From assembly GCA_041665265.1 (NCBI GenBank), contig JBAYJE010000002.1, forward strand, positions 10,836-74,835: a stretch of 64,000 nucleotides of DNA, read 5' to 3'. The position numbers and the translations under genes are program-made. How positions within the stretch are numbered: position 1 is the first letter of the stretch; every line of letters starts with the position of its first letter. The notes beneath the pieces were generated by a model. That model was given only the letters and a program-made list of their open reading frames with translations. It was not told the origin of the DNA and did not search any database. The DNA is from Minisyncoccota bacterium (lineage in GTDB: Bacteria; Patescibacteriota; Minisyncoccia; UBA6257; GWB1-50-10). This document shows, piece after piece, positions 47,979 through 55,493 of this stretch.

Positions 47979-48800
47979 ATGAATGCGCGCATAAAGATAT
48001 TACAGAAAAAGGTGTGGGCATATTATCGTACTTATGGGCGGCACGCGATGCAGTGGCGACGCGCGCGTACGCCCTATCGCATATTTATTTCTGAAGTGAT
48101 GCTTCAACAGACGCAGGTTTCTCGTGTGGAGAAAAAGTTTCCAGAATTTTTAAAACAATTTTCCACGTTTAAATCACTTGCTGAAGCTCGTGTGGCCGAG
48201 GTGTTAAAAGCATGGCAGGGGATGGGATATAACAGGCGCGCACTTAATATGAGGCGTGCTGCAGAAATAATAGTAAATGAGTATGGTGGTAAGTTGCCAC
48301 ACGACCCCATGCTCCTCGAAACACTTCCAGGGATTGGAAAAGCAACCGCAGGTTCTATCGCGGCATTCGCATTTAATAGCCCTGTACCATTTATTGAAAC
48401 AAATATTCGACGCGTGTTTATTCATTTTTTGTTTTCACGAAATAAAAAAGTAAGTGATGAAGAAATTATGAAATATGTAGTAAGTGCGATGGATATAAAA
48501 AATCCTCGTGAATGGTATTACGCACTTATGGATTATGGCGCGATGCTTGCGGCGCACGGAAAAGAGAATTCCAATAAGAAAAGTAAGACATATCGAGTGC
48601 AATCCCGATTTTCTGGCTCGTCGCGAGAGTTACGAGGGAAGATACTCTCCCTTCTCCTTACTCAAAAAAGAATTTCGGAAACGAAAATACACCACAGTGT
48701 CAAGGGATTAAAAAAAGATGTAGAGGACACACTTTTTGCACTTGAGAATGAGGGCTTTATTACTCATAAAGGCGTGTGGTATAGCGTGGTGGAGAAATAA
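47979..48800 (+). CDS. A/G-specific adenine glycosylase-like (MutY family HhH-GPD, no NUDIX domain)
   Basis: RTPYRIFISEVMLQQTQVSRV, LPGIGKATAGSIAAFAF HhH, catalytic Asp in LMDYGA. Confidence 0.65.
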   Translation: MNARIKILQKKVWAYYRTYGRHAMQWRRARTPYRIFISEVMLQQTQVSRVEKKFPEFLKQFSTFKSLAEARVAEVLKAWQGMGYNRRALNMRRAAEIIVNEYGGKLPHDPMLLETLPGIGKATAGSIAAFAFNSPVPFIETNIRRVFIHFLFSRNKKVSDEEIMKYVVSAMDIKNPREWYYALMDYGAMLAAHGKENSNKKSKTYRVQSRFSGSSRELRGKILSLLLTQKRISETKIHHSVKGLKKDVEDTLFALENEGFITHKGVWYSVVEK

Positions 48801-48906
48801 AGGAATCCACAAGGGGTATTGATGAGTAGCGCTCTAATTTGGTATGATTATCTTCAGAAATGAGATTCCGCTCTGTGAGGGAGTGAAATCGATTTTTTTA
48901 ACGATG

Positions 48907-48940
48907 AGCCCGCAAAGAAATTTGCGGGTTTTTCGTTTTT
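48907..48940 (+). terminator. Rho-independent terminator (CCCGCAAA-gaaa-TTTGCGGG + T5)
   Basis: Seen directly. Confidence 0.7.
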
Positions 48941-49174
48941 TATTTATTTAAGTAATTTTCATTTTTCAGGACGGAATAAAGATGATTGGTAGAGCAATGT
49001 ACTGGAATGGATGAGCTCTACCAATGGTATGTGTGAACGAGAAATTTTGTGGGTGGATATGTACGATTCTTGTGTAAAGATATCTGTGTATAACTTTTTC
49101 TTTTTCTCGTAAATTATATTGTGATACGATGAAAAGAATGAATAGCTTCGGAGGGAAGAATGTAATTTAAATTT

Positions 49175-49684
49175 ATGGACGATCAAAATCAAACAGATTT
49201 AGGACAAGTATCAAAATCAAAGTATTGGAAATTCGTTGCGGGATTTCTCACTATTGTCATTCTCTCTATCGTGGCTCTTTTGGGGCTTTCAAAATATGAA
49301 AGATATTTAAGCAGTAAGCAGGTTAATAAGATGGCGAATGCATTACAACAACTTGAGAAGCAAGATTATGATGCTGCGATGGCGGATACTGTGGGTGGGA
49401 AGACGCCTCAGGAGACTCTTTCAATGTATATCGCCGCTGTTGAAAAAGGGGATTATTCCCTCGCAAGTAAGTATTTCATTGGAAGTAAACAGGAACAGGA
49501 ATTGAAGAGTTTTGAGAAAGCACCGAAAGAAAATTTAATTACTTATATTGCGGTATTAAAAGAAGTTATTACTAGGGGTGGTGAGTACTCGTTTGATAGA
49601 AAGGAATTTAGTTTTGACGGAGATATTTTGGTTCGGATGAAATTGTACCCGAACGGTATTTGGAAAATTATAGAAATGTTTTAA
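49175..49684 (+). CDS. Hypothetical membrane-anchored protein
   Basis: N-terminal TM (FVAGFLTIVILSIVALLGL), 169 aa. Confidence 0.5.
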   Translation: MDDQNQTDLGQVSKSKYWKFVAGFLTIVILSIVALLGLSKYERYLSSKQVNKMANALQQLEKQDYDAAMADTVGGKTPQETLSMYIAAVEKGDYSLASKYFIGSKQEQELKSFEKAPKENLITYIAVLKEVITRGGEYSFDRKEFSFDGDILVRMKLYPNGIWKIIEMF

Positions 49685-49857
49685 CTTCTCCCATCCTCAA
49701 AATGAGGTTCTAATAATGACCGTAGAAATGTGCAGCCACTTTGTTCAAAACATAATCTATTGAAGTCTGGTAGAATTATATAGATAAAGGCAGTTTTGAT
49801 TTTCTAGCCTAAATCTCCATCAAAAGGTTTTGACCTCGTCCCAAGGCCCTGGTAAAT

Positions 49858-50349
49858 ATGATGCTAAGAAATAATAACGAAGAAAATCAACAAGAAAGCA
49901 AAAAAAATCTCATTGGAAGAGATAGGTCATTTTACGAACAATACAACCTTTTAACCAAAAGTGCCTCCGAACAAAAGGATGAATTTGATAAGAAGTTTTT
50001 CTATGTGGTATCCTCCCTTTTTGCTTTTTCTATATTATTTGTCCAGTTTGCGAAAGACATAACTAGCGGTTACATTTTGTTAATAGTTTGGTGTTCAAAT
50101 TTTTTGGCACTTCTCTTTCATTTAACTGCTCACTTGGCTGCAGAAAAAACACTTAATGAATTAAGAAAGAAATTTGCTGATGTAGATAAAGATAACAATG
50201 AGAAGAGAGAAAGGGTTCTTAGACTGATTATGGGTTTTGAAAAACCTCTGTGGGGTAAGGTTGCTTATTGGGTGGAAATCGCGAGTTATATCCTTTTCGT
50301 GTCGGCGGTCTTTTTCTTCCTTTGGTTTGTTTACATCAACTTGGTGTAG
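49858..50349 (+). CDS. Hypothetical membrane protein
   Basis: 3 predicted TM helices; 163 aa. Confidence 0.45.
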   Translation: MMLRNNNEENQQESKKNLIGRDRSFYEQYNLLTKSASEQKDEFDKKFFYVVSSLFAFSILFVQFAKDITSGYILLIVWCSNFLALLFHLTAHLAAEKTLNELRKKFADVDKDNNEKRERVLRLIMGFEKPLWGKVAYWVEIASYILFVSAVFFFLWFVYINLV

Positions 50350-50585
50350 AAAAATTTTAATTTGCGGGATGGGGATATGCCCAAGGGCCAGATGCAGCAT
50401 GTTCTGCATCATGCAGATTTGTGGGAGGGAATTCAGTAGGTGATAGTGATTGGTATCTGAAACTCGGATTAAGGGAATAAAGAGTTTTAAATTGGTGAAA
50501 GAGTAATTTGTTGACGATAAAATAGATTCGTTGTATTTTAAAAACAGTAAATTTGCTGAATTTTTCATAAAGAAAGGAGCTAGGT

Positions 50586-50753
50586 ATGTGTTGGAGAGAT
50601 GATGTACAACAGGCGCGACGATGCATGTCCTGTAAGAAGAAGTATTATGGTGACCTCGGTCATAAAAATTGCCCCACTCAGGCGAAGAAGAGAGTAATTT
50701 CTTCAAATCGGAAAGGATTTAAGAGGGAGGCTCTTAAAGCGGAGAAACAATGA
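50586..50753 (+). CDS. 55-aa basic zinc-ribbon protein
   Basis: AGGAG SD 7 nt upstream of ATG 50586; Cys at 2,13,16,29; TGA 50751-50753 then terminator 50760-50786. Confidence 0.5.
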   Translation: MCWRDDVQQARRCMSCKKKYYGDLGHKNCPTQAKKRVISSNRKGFKREALKAEKQ

Positions 50754-50759
50754 TTGTTA

Positions 50760-50786
50760 CTGCCTGAAATCTCAGGCAGTTTTTAT
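50760..50786 (+). terminator. Rho-independent terminator (CTGCCTGA-aatc-TCAGGCAG + T5)
   Basis: Seen directly. Confidence 0.75.
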
Positions 50787-50856
50787 TTTGCATGATATAA
50801 TAAAGAGAGATGCGTGCACTCAATAATGTGAAGTAGTTTTTTCGGTATATATACTG

Positions 50857-52167
50857 ATGAACATTTTCTCTCAATTTATTAAAAAAAGCTCGCTTGTAGG
50901 AAGAATGACGGCCACTGTAATTCTTATTACGATTACAATAGGTATTCTTGTTGCCTATGTGGTTTTTCGAATGTCGTTTACTAATCTCGCTACTGCCGAA
51001 AAAGAAAAAATTCTTGCGGTAATGATGCAAGACTCTCGTGAATTAACAAGTCTTTTTGATTTTTCAAAAAAGACAGCAAATACTATCGCATCTCAGGAGG
51101 CTATTATTACGTATTTAAAAAATATACCAAAAGAGCAGGATGAGAACATATTAAAACTTCTTCAAGGATATAATATTGGAAATGAATATTCTTCGATTTA
51201 TCTTATGGATACATTAGGAGAAACACTTGTAGCTACTGACTCAACGTTTGCGGGGAAGAATTATAGTATTCGCGAGTATTTTAAAGATGCGATAGCAGGA
51301 AAGATGGGAGTACAAATGGCAGTAGGACTTACCACTAAGAAGGCTGGTTATTATTTTTCTGCGCCAGTAAAAAATGGTAATAATCAGATTATTGGCGTAA
51401 TAGCACTTAAAAGGGATATAGATCTTACTAGTTTAGTTACTGCAGGAGATGGGGCGAGTCAAGGAAAAAATATGTTGGTTGATGAATATGGCGTGGTTAT
51501 CAATTCTAATGTTCCCGAGCGGATTTTTAAAAGTCTGGGAGTTTTATCAATTAGTAGTAGGGTTCAAATAGAGAAGGAAGCAAGATTTACAGGTATTGAA
51601 ATAACACCACTTCAATATGACATGGCACAGACAATTTTGATGGATTATCGAGGACCGACTACAATTGATTTTTTTGATTCTGTGGATAATGAAACAGAGA
51701 TCGTGGGTGTGGCAAAAGTGGGAGAATATCCTTTTTATCTAGTGAGCGAAGCGGATCTTACTGAGGTGGAGGCAATTGCTCAGAAAACTGCATTTGGACT
51801 TACGTTAATATCACTTCTCTCGTCCCTTTGTATTGCACTTGCGGTTTCTTTTGCATTGCGACGTGCTTTGCGAGCAATTACTGATGTTATTCAGTCAGCG
51901 GTGAGAATAAGCGAGGGGAATTTTAAGGAGCGATTAACTATTGAGGGTAGTATAGAGGCGACTGAACTTAGTACCGCTTTTAATTCTATGGTGGCGCGCC
52001 TTGATGCGCTTTATTCTGATATGGAGGGTGAAGTATCGAGAGCTACTCAAGAGCTTGAGTCGCGCGCCCTCGAATTAGAAAAAAAGAATGCTGAATTGGA
52101 AAAAACGAAATTTGCAATGATGAATATCTTGCAGGATTTAAAAGATGAACGCGAGAAAAAGACATAA
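50857..52167 (+). CDS. Membrane sensor protein: extracytoplasmic Cache-like domain + HAMP + coiled coil, no output domain
   Basis: TM1 (TATVILITITIGILVAYVVF), about 280-aa periplasmic region, TM2, HAMP-like LRRALRAITDVIQSAVRISEGNFKERLTIEG, ends in coiled coil. Confidence 0.55.
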   Translation: MNIFSQFIKKSSLVGRMTATVILITITIGILVAYVVFRMSFTNLATAEKEKILAVMMQDSRELTSLFDFSKKTANTIASQEAIITYLKNIPKEQDENILKLLQGYNIGNEYSSIYLMDTLGETLVATDSTFAGKNYSIREYFKDAIAGKMGVQMAVGLTTKKAGYYFSAPVKNGNNQIIGVIALKRDIDLTSLVTAGDGASQGKNMLVDEYGVVINSNVPERIFKSLGVLSISSRVQIEKEARFTGIEITPLQYDMAQTILMDYRGPTTIDFFDSVDNETEIVGVAKVGEYPFYLVSEADLTEVEAIAQKTAFGLTLISLLSSLCIALAVSFALRRALRAITDVIQSAVRISEGNFKERLTIEGSIEATELSTAFNSMVARLDALYSDMEGEVSRATQELESRALELEKKNAELEKTKFAMMNILQDLKDEREKKT

Positions 52168-52185
52168 TAAAATAAATAATTACCC

Positions 52186-53127
52186 ATGATCTTAAAAGAG
52201 CCATTTTTTTCAGAGAAAAACATTGAAATAAATCCCCATGTAGTAGAGCTGCGGAAACAATTGAAAGAATTGAGAGATATTTTAGATGCACTTCCTGCGT
52301 GGGTTTTTTTTAAAGATAGAGAGAATAGATTTGTGCGAGTAAATAAATCATTTTGCGACGCAATGAAGATGACCCATGAGCAACTTGAAGGGAAATCGCT
52401 CTTCGAACTATATCCAAAAGAACAAGCGGATAAATTTTGGGAGGATGATAAAGAAGTAATAAAGTCAGAAAGTGCGAAATGGCACATTATTGAACCGATT
52501 GAATCACCACAGGGGAAGATTTGGCTTGATACAAGTAAGATTCCTTATCGAAATGAGAGGGGTGATATTCTTGGTGTTGTAGGATTTTCTATTGATATAA
52601 CTCATGAAAGAAATATGAAAGAGAAGGAAGAACAATATCGCGCAATGTATGAATCATCAAGTGATGCCATTGTCACCCTCGAACCTCCTGATTGGCATTT
52701 TATTTCAGCAAATCCTGCAGCAATAAAAATGTTTCATGTGCGAGATGAGGCAGAATTTAAGACCCTCACTATAAAAGATATTTCTCCCGAGAAGCAGTCC
52801 GATGGAATATTAACAATGGAGGAGGCGGCAAGCATTATTCAAAAAACGCTTGTGGGAGGAAGTAATACCGTTGAATGGATTCATAAACGATATCAAGGAG
52901 GAGAATTTGAGGCAGTAGCAACCCTTGCTAAAGTGATAGTGTCGGGACGTACTATTATTCAGGCCTCTATTCGTGATATCTCAAAACAAAAGGAAAGCGA
53001 GAAGAAAATTCAAGAAAAAATGGATGAATTAAATAAATTAAATAATTTAATGATTGGGAGAGAGTTGAAGATGGTAGAACTTAAAAATAAAATTCAAGAA
53101 TTAGAGGCCCGTCTTGGTGAGAAATAA
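52186..53127 (+). CDS. Cytoplasmic tandem PAS-domain protein with C-terminal coiled coil, no kinase domain
   Basis: Two PAS-like blocks (RFVRVNKSFCDAMKMTHEQLEGKSLFELYP...; YRAMYESSSDAIVTLEPPDWHFISANPAAIKMFHV...), C-terminal ELKNKIQELEARLGEK. Confidence 0.55.
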   Translation: MILKEPFFSEKNIEINPHVVELRKQLKELRDILDALPAWVFFKDRENRFVRVNKSFCDAMKMTHEQLEGKSLFELYPKEQADKFWEDDKEVIKSESAKWHIIEPIESPQGKIWLDTSKIPYRNERGDILGVVGFSIDITHERNMKEKEEQYRAMYESSSDAIVTLEPPDWHFISANPAAIKMFHVRDEAEFKTLTIKDISPEKQSDGILTMEEAASIIQKTLVGGSNTVEWIHKRYQGGEFEAVATLAKVIVSGRTIIQASIRDISKQKESEKKIQEKMDELNKLNNLMIGRELKMVELKNKIQELEARLGEK

Positions 53128-53244
53128 TTACTTAACAATTGTTTCTAATAGATTTTTAGCTCGATACAGTAATATTGACGCCCATAATGAGGTGGAGTAG
53201 GCTCACAATAGTCACCTTAATTAAAGAGAAAGGAGTGTGGGCTT

Positions 53245-53757
53245 ATGGGTGGTATTATTACTCCTCCACAAATAGTGAAACTCACACGTGAGTTTAATCA
53301 TGTTGTTTTTTTAGCGGGTCCTATTAAGGGAGCGCGTCATTGGCAGCGTACAGCCGCAAATGATATCTATCATACAAATCCAGAATTGTGGGTCGCATCT
53401 CCGCGACAGATGGTTCATGATACTGGTGACCTTGTGGGTATCTCTGAAGATGATCAGATTGATTGGGAACACGCACATCTGAAATTAGCAGGGGAACATG
53501 GTGTAATCATTTTCTGGTTTCCAAAGGAACATATTCATACCTGTGCGCGTGCATACGCACAAACATCTCGTTTCGAGATCGGAGAGCACCTTGTGCTCAG
53601 TCTCTATGAGAACTACAGGGTGATGGTAGGTATTGAGCCTGGATTTTCTGGAGAACATTATCTTCGGCGTACAATTGCGAAAAAATATCCTCATGTCCTT
53701 ATAATGGACTCATTGCATGACACGTGCTGGTATGCAGTTCATAGGCTTTATGAGTAG
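53245..53757 (+). CDS. Nucleoside 2-deoxyribosyltransferase-like fold protein (tentative)
   Basis: HVVFLAGPIKG resembles the NDT/LOG-like Rossmann motif; higher local GC; 170 aa. Confidence 0.35.
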   Translation: MGGIITPPQIVKLTREFNHVVFLAGPIKGARHWQRTAANDIYHTNPELWVASPRQMVHDTGDLVGISEDDQIDWEHAHLKLAGEHGVIIFWFPKEHIHTCARAYAQTSRFEIGEHLVLSLYENYRVMVGIEPGFSGEHYLRRTIAKKYPHVLIMDSLHDTCWYAVHRLYE

Positions 53758-53765
53758 TTTCATCT

Positions 53766-53792
53766 CCCCCGCATATGTGCGGGGGATTTTTA
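53766..53792 (+). terminator. Rho-independent terminator (CCCCCGCA-tatg-TGCGGGGG + T5)
   Basis: Seen directly. Confidence 0.8.
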
Positions 53793-53821
53793 TTGACACA
53801 TAAGATTGTCCGTATTATATT
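53793..53821 (+). promoter_or_regulatory. Sigma70-like promoter for tRNA operon (TTGACA ... TATTAT/TATATT)
   Basis: TTGACA 53793-53798 directly after terminator T-run; A/T-rich -10 about 15-17 nt downstream. Confidence 0.5.
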
Positions 53822-53844
53822 GAGCACTCAAGCACTTTTACAAA

Positions 53845-53955
53845 GGGCCATTAGTTCAGCGGCGACGCCTGTGACATACGGACGTATGTTGTTTTCGGGC
53901 GGAGAACGCCTCATTGCTCATGAGGAGGCCGGAGGTTCGAATCCTTCATGGTCCG
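53845..53955 (+). tRNA. tRNA-like gene, anticodon GCT (Ser) on class-I body, with about 38-nt insertion in D-loop
   Basis: Acceptor GGGCCAT/ATGGTCC (one G-U), D-stem GTTC/GAAC 46 nt apart, anticodon arm CCTCA-TTGCTCA-TGAGG, 5-nt variable loop, T-arm GGAGG-TTCGAAT-CCTTC; 111 nt. Confidence 0.55.
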
Positions 53956-53960
53956 CGATT

Positions 53961-54036
53961 GGAGCAGTAGCTCAGTTGGTGAGAGCGTCCCCGCTGTCCG
54001 CGGGGAAGGTCGGAGGTTCGATGCCTTCCTGCCCCA
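53961..54036 (+). tRNA. tRNA (probable Asp, anticodon GTC) with atypical anticodon arm (extra base pair; C at position 37)
   Basis: Acceptor GGAGCAG/CTGCCCC (one A-C mismatch), D-arm GCTC-AGTTGGTGA-GAGC, anticodon stem CCCCG/CGGGG loop CTGTCCG, T-arm GGAGG-TTCGATG-CCTTC; starts 5 nt after previous tRNA. Confidence 0.6.
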
Positions 54037-54273
54037 CGATGTGGAAATATTTTTTCCATATTCTGTCTCATACATGGTTCTTTGGGAATCATGCGGAGAT
54101 AGCCCACTTCTTCTAATTATGGAAAGTACCTTAAATTGGGAAAAAGTTGAGATTAGAGCTGAGGTGAAAGTCCTCGAGTGGGCACTAAGTACGAGCTAGA
54201 TATCCGTTGTGAACGTGAGTGCCGCGTTGTGCACAATAATCGGGTTTCCGGATAATCTACCTCGTCGTTATAT

Positions 54274-54300
54274 CCCTGCCGCGATCGGCGGGGTTTTTTA
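54274..54300 (+). terminator. Rho-independent terminator closing tRNA transcription unit
   Basis: CCCTGCCG-cgat-CGGCGGGG + T6. Confidence 0.75.
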
Positions 54301-54330
54301 TTGACAACAATATTGAGGATGAATTAGTAT
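54301..54330 (+). promoter_or_regulatory. Sigma70-like promoter (TTGACA-18-TAGTAT) for downstream small RNA/leader
   Basis: TTGACA 54301-54306 again right after terminator T-run; TAGTAT 54325-54330. Confidence 0.5.
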
Positions 54331-54336
54331 TGCTCT

Positions 54337-54468
54337 CAGAGTAAGGGAAGGAAGGCCCAAGCTCTGGTTACGTCACGTACATGACCTTGCTCACGTGGGG
54401 TCATTCAATCCTCTTGCTGGTAGGAAACCAGCTGCATTGGGGCTCTGTTACGAGAGCCCCATTTTTTA
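54337..54468 (+). ncRNA. Candidate small RNA or cis-regulatory leader (promoter-to-terminator unit, no ORF)
   Basis: About 130 nt between predicted TSS and terminator GGGGCTCT-gttacg-AGAGCCCC+T6 (54438-54467); contains GGGAAGGAAGGCCCAAGC and CTGG-taggaaa-CCAG hairpin; ends 33 nt before SpoU ATG. Confidence 0.4.
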
Positions 54469-54500
54469 TTTAAATTCTCACTTCGTGATAGTATAAGCAG

Positions 54501-54980
54501 ATGAAAGGGGAAATTATCGCGGTACTTCATAATATTCGGAGTATTCATAACGTGGGTTCGATATTCAGAACTGCTGATGCGGCAGGAGTTTCGAAGCTTT
54601 ATTTATGTGGCATTACTCCTACACCACTTGATCGATTTGGGAAGACGCGAGTAGATTTTACAAAAGTCTCTCTTGGTGCAGAAAAAACTGTTCCGTTTGA
54701 ATCTTTGCGTTCAATTACGCTACTTTTTAAGCGATTAAAAAAAGAAGGATATACTATTGTGGCGATAGAACTTGCACGTGGAGCGATACCTTATTCTTCG
54801 TTACGTCGAATACTTAAGAATAAGAAGGTGGCACTTGTTTTAGGGAATGAGGTTGAGGGGATTCCAGAAGAAATTCTTTCTCAAGTAGATATAATTGCCG
54901 AGATTCCCATGAAAGGAGAGAAAGAATCTTTAAATGTGAGTGTTGCGTTTGGTATCGTTGCCTACGGTATTTTGTATTAA
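54501..54980 (+). CDS. SpoU/TrmH family RNA 2'-O-methyltransferase (SPOUT)
   Basis: LHNIRSIHNVGSIFRTADAAGV motif I and LVLGNEVEGIPEEI, IPMKGEKESLNVSVAFGIVAY motifs II/III. Confidence 0.75.
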   Translation: MKGEIIAVLHNIRSIHNVGSIFRTADAAGVSKLYLCGITPTPLDRFGKTRVDFTKVSLGAEKTVPFESLRSITLLFKRLKKEGYTIVAIELARGAIPYSSLRRILKNKKVALVLGNEVEGIPEEILSQVDIIAEIPMKGEKESLNVSVAFGIVAYGILY

Positions 54981-55001
54981 CATTCGCTATAATAGAGAGA
55001 T

Positions 55002-55493
55002 ATGGGAAACGCACTCGCAAAAACATTCCTTCTTTTCTTCGGTCTCATGATCGGAGGTAGTATTTTTTTAGTTTCGTTTTTGAATAAAATTAATGTGGTA
55101 AAAAACAAAGCAGAAGTAAAAATAGGAACGCAAACTATTATTGCGGATGTAGTAAAAACTGAAGCAGAAAGAGAAAAAGGACTTAGTGGACGAGAGTCTC
55201 TTGGTGTAAATGAGGGAATGCTTTTTGTGTTCGATAGTGAAGATATGTATCCTTTTTGGATGAAAGATATGAAATTCCCTATAGATGTTATTTGGATTAG
55301 AAATAACTATATTGTAGGATTTGCAGAAAATGTGAGTCCAAAAGTAGGGTCCGCACCTAGTGAGACAATTTTCAGCCCCCCTCAGTCGATTGATCGCGCA
55401 CTCGAACTTCGTGCAGGACGCGTAAAGCTTTTACGCGCACAAGTAGGTGATCAGGTGAAGTCGCGACCACTTGTTGATATAGCTGGTTCATGA
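55002..55493 (+). CDS. DUF192 domain-containing protein (signal-anchored)
   Basis: GLSGRESLGVNEGMLFVFD...PFWMKDMKFPIDVIWI pattern typical of DUF192. Confidence 0.65.
   Translation: MGNALAKTFLLFFGLMIGGSIFLVSFLNKINVVKNKAEVKIGTQTIIADVVKTEAEREKGLSGRESLGVNEGMLFVFDSEDMYPFWMKDMKFPIDVIWIRNNYIVGFAENVSPKVGSAPSETIFSPPQSIDRALELRAGRVKLLRAQVGDQVKSRPLVDIAGS

Noticed and set aside
48985-49035. tRNA-like fragment (TTGGTAGAGC ... GCTCTACCAA)
   Set aside because: It is a 10-bp inverted repeat hairpin only; there is no acceptor stem or T-arm (TTCGA), so it is not a tRNA and is likely a simple stem-loop
53775-54199. ORF-track CDSs 53775..54116 (+) and 53948..54199 (+)
   Set aside because: They lie over the two tRNA genes and terminator/promoter elements; they lack an RBS and are translation artefacts of the structured RNA region
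53245-54300. Integrated mobile element at the tRNA locus
   Set aside because: There is no integrase, recombinase, transposase or direct repeat of a tRNA 3' end; only a modest GC shift in one gene
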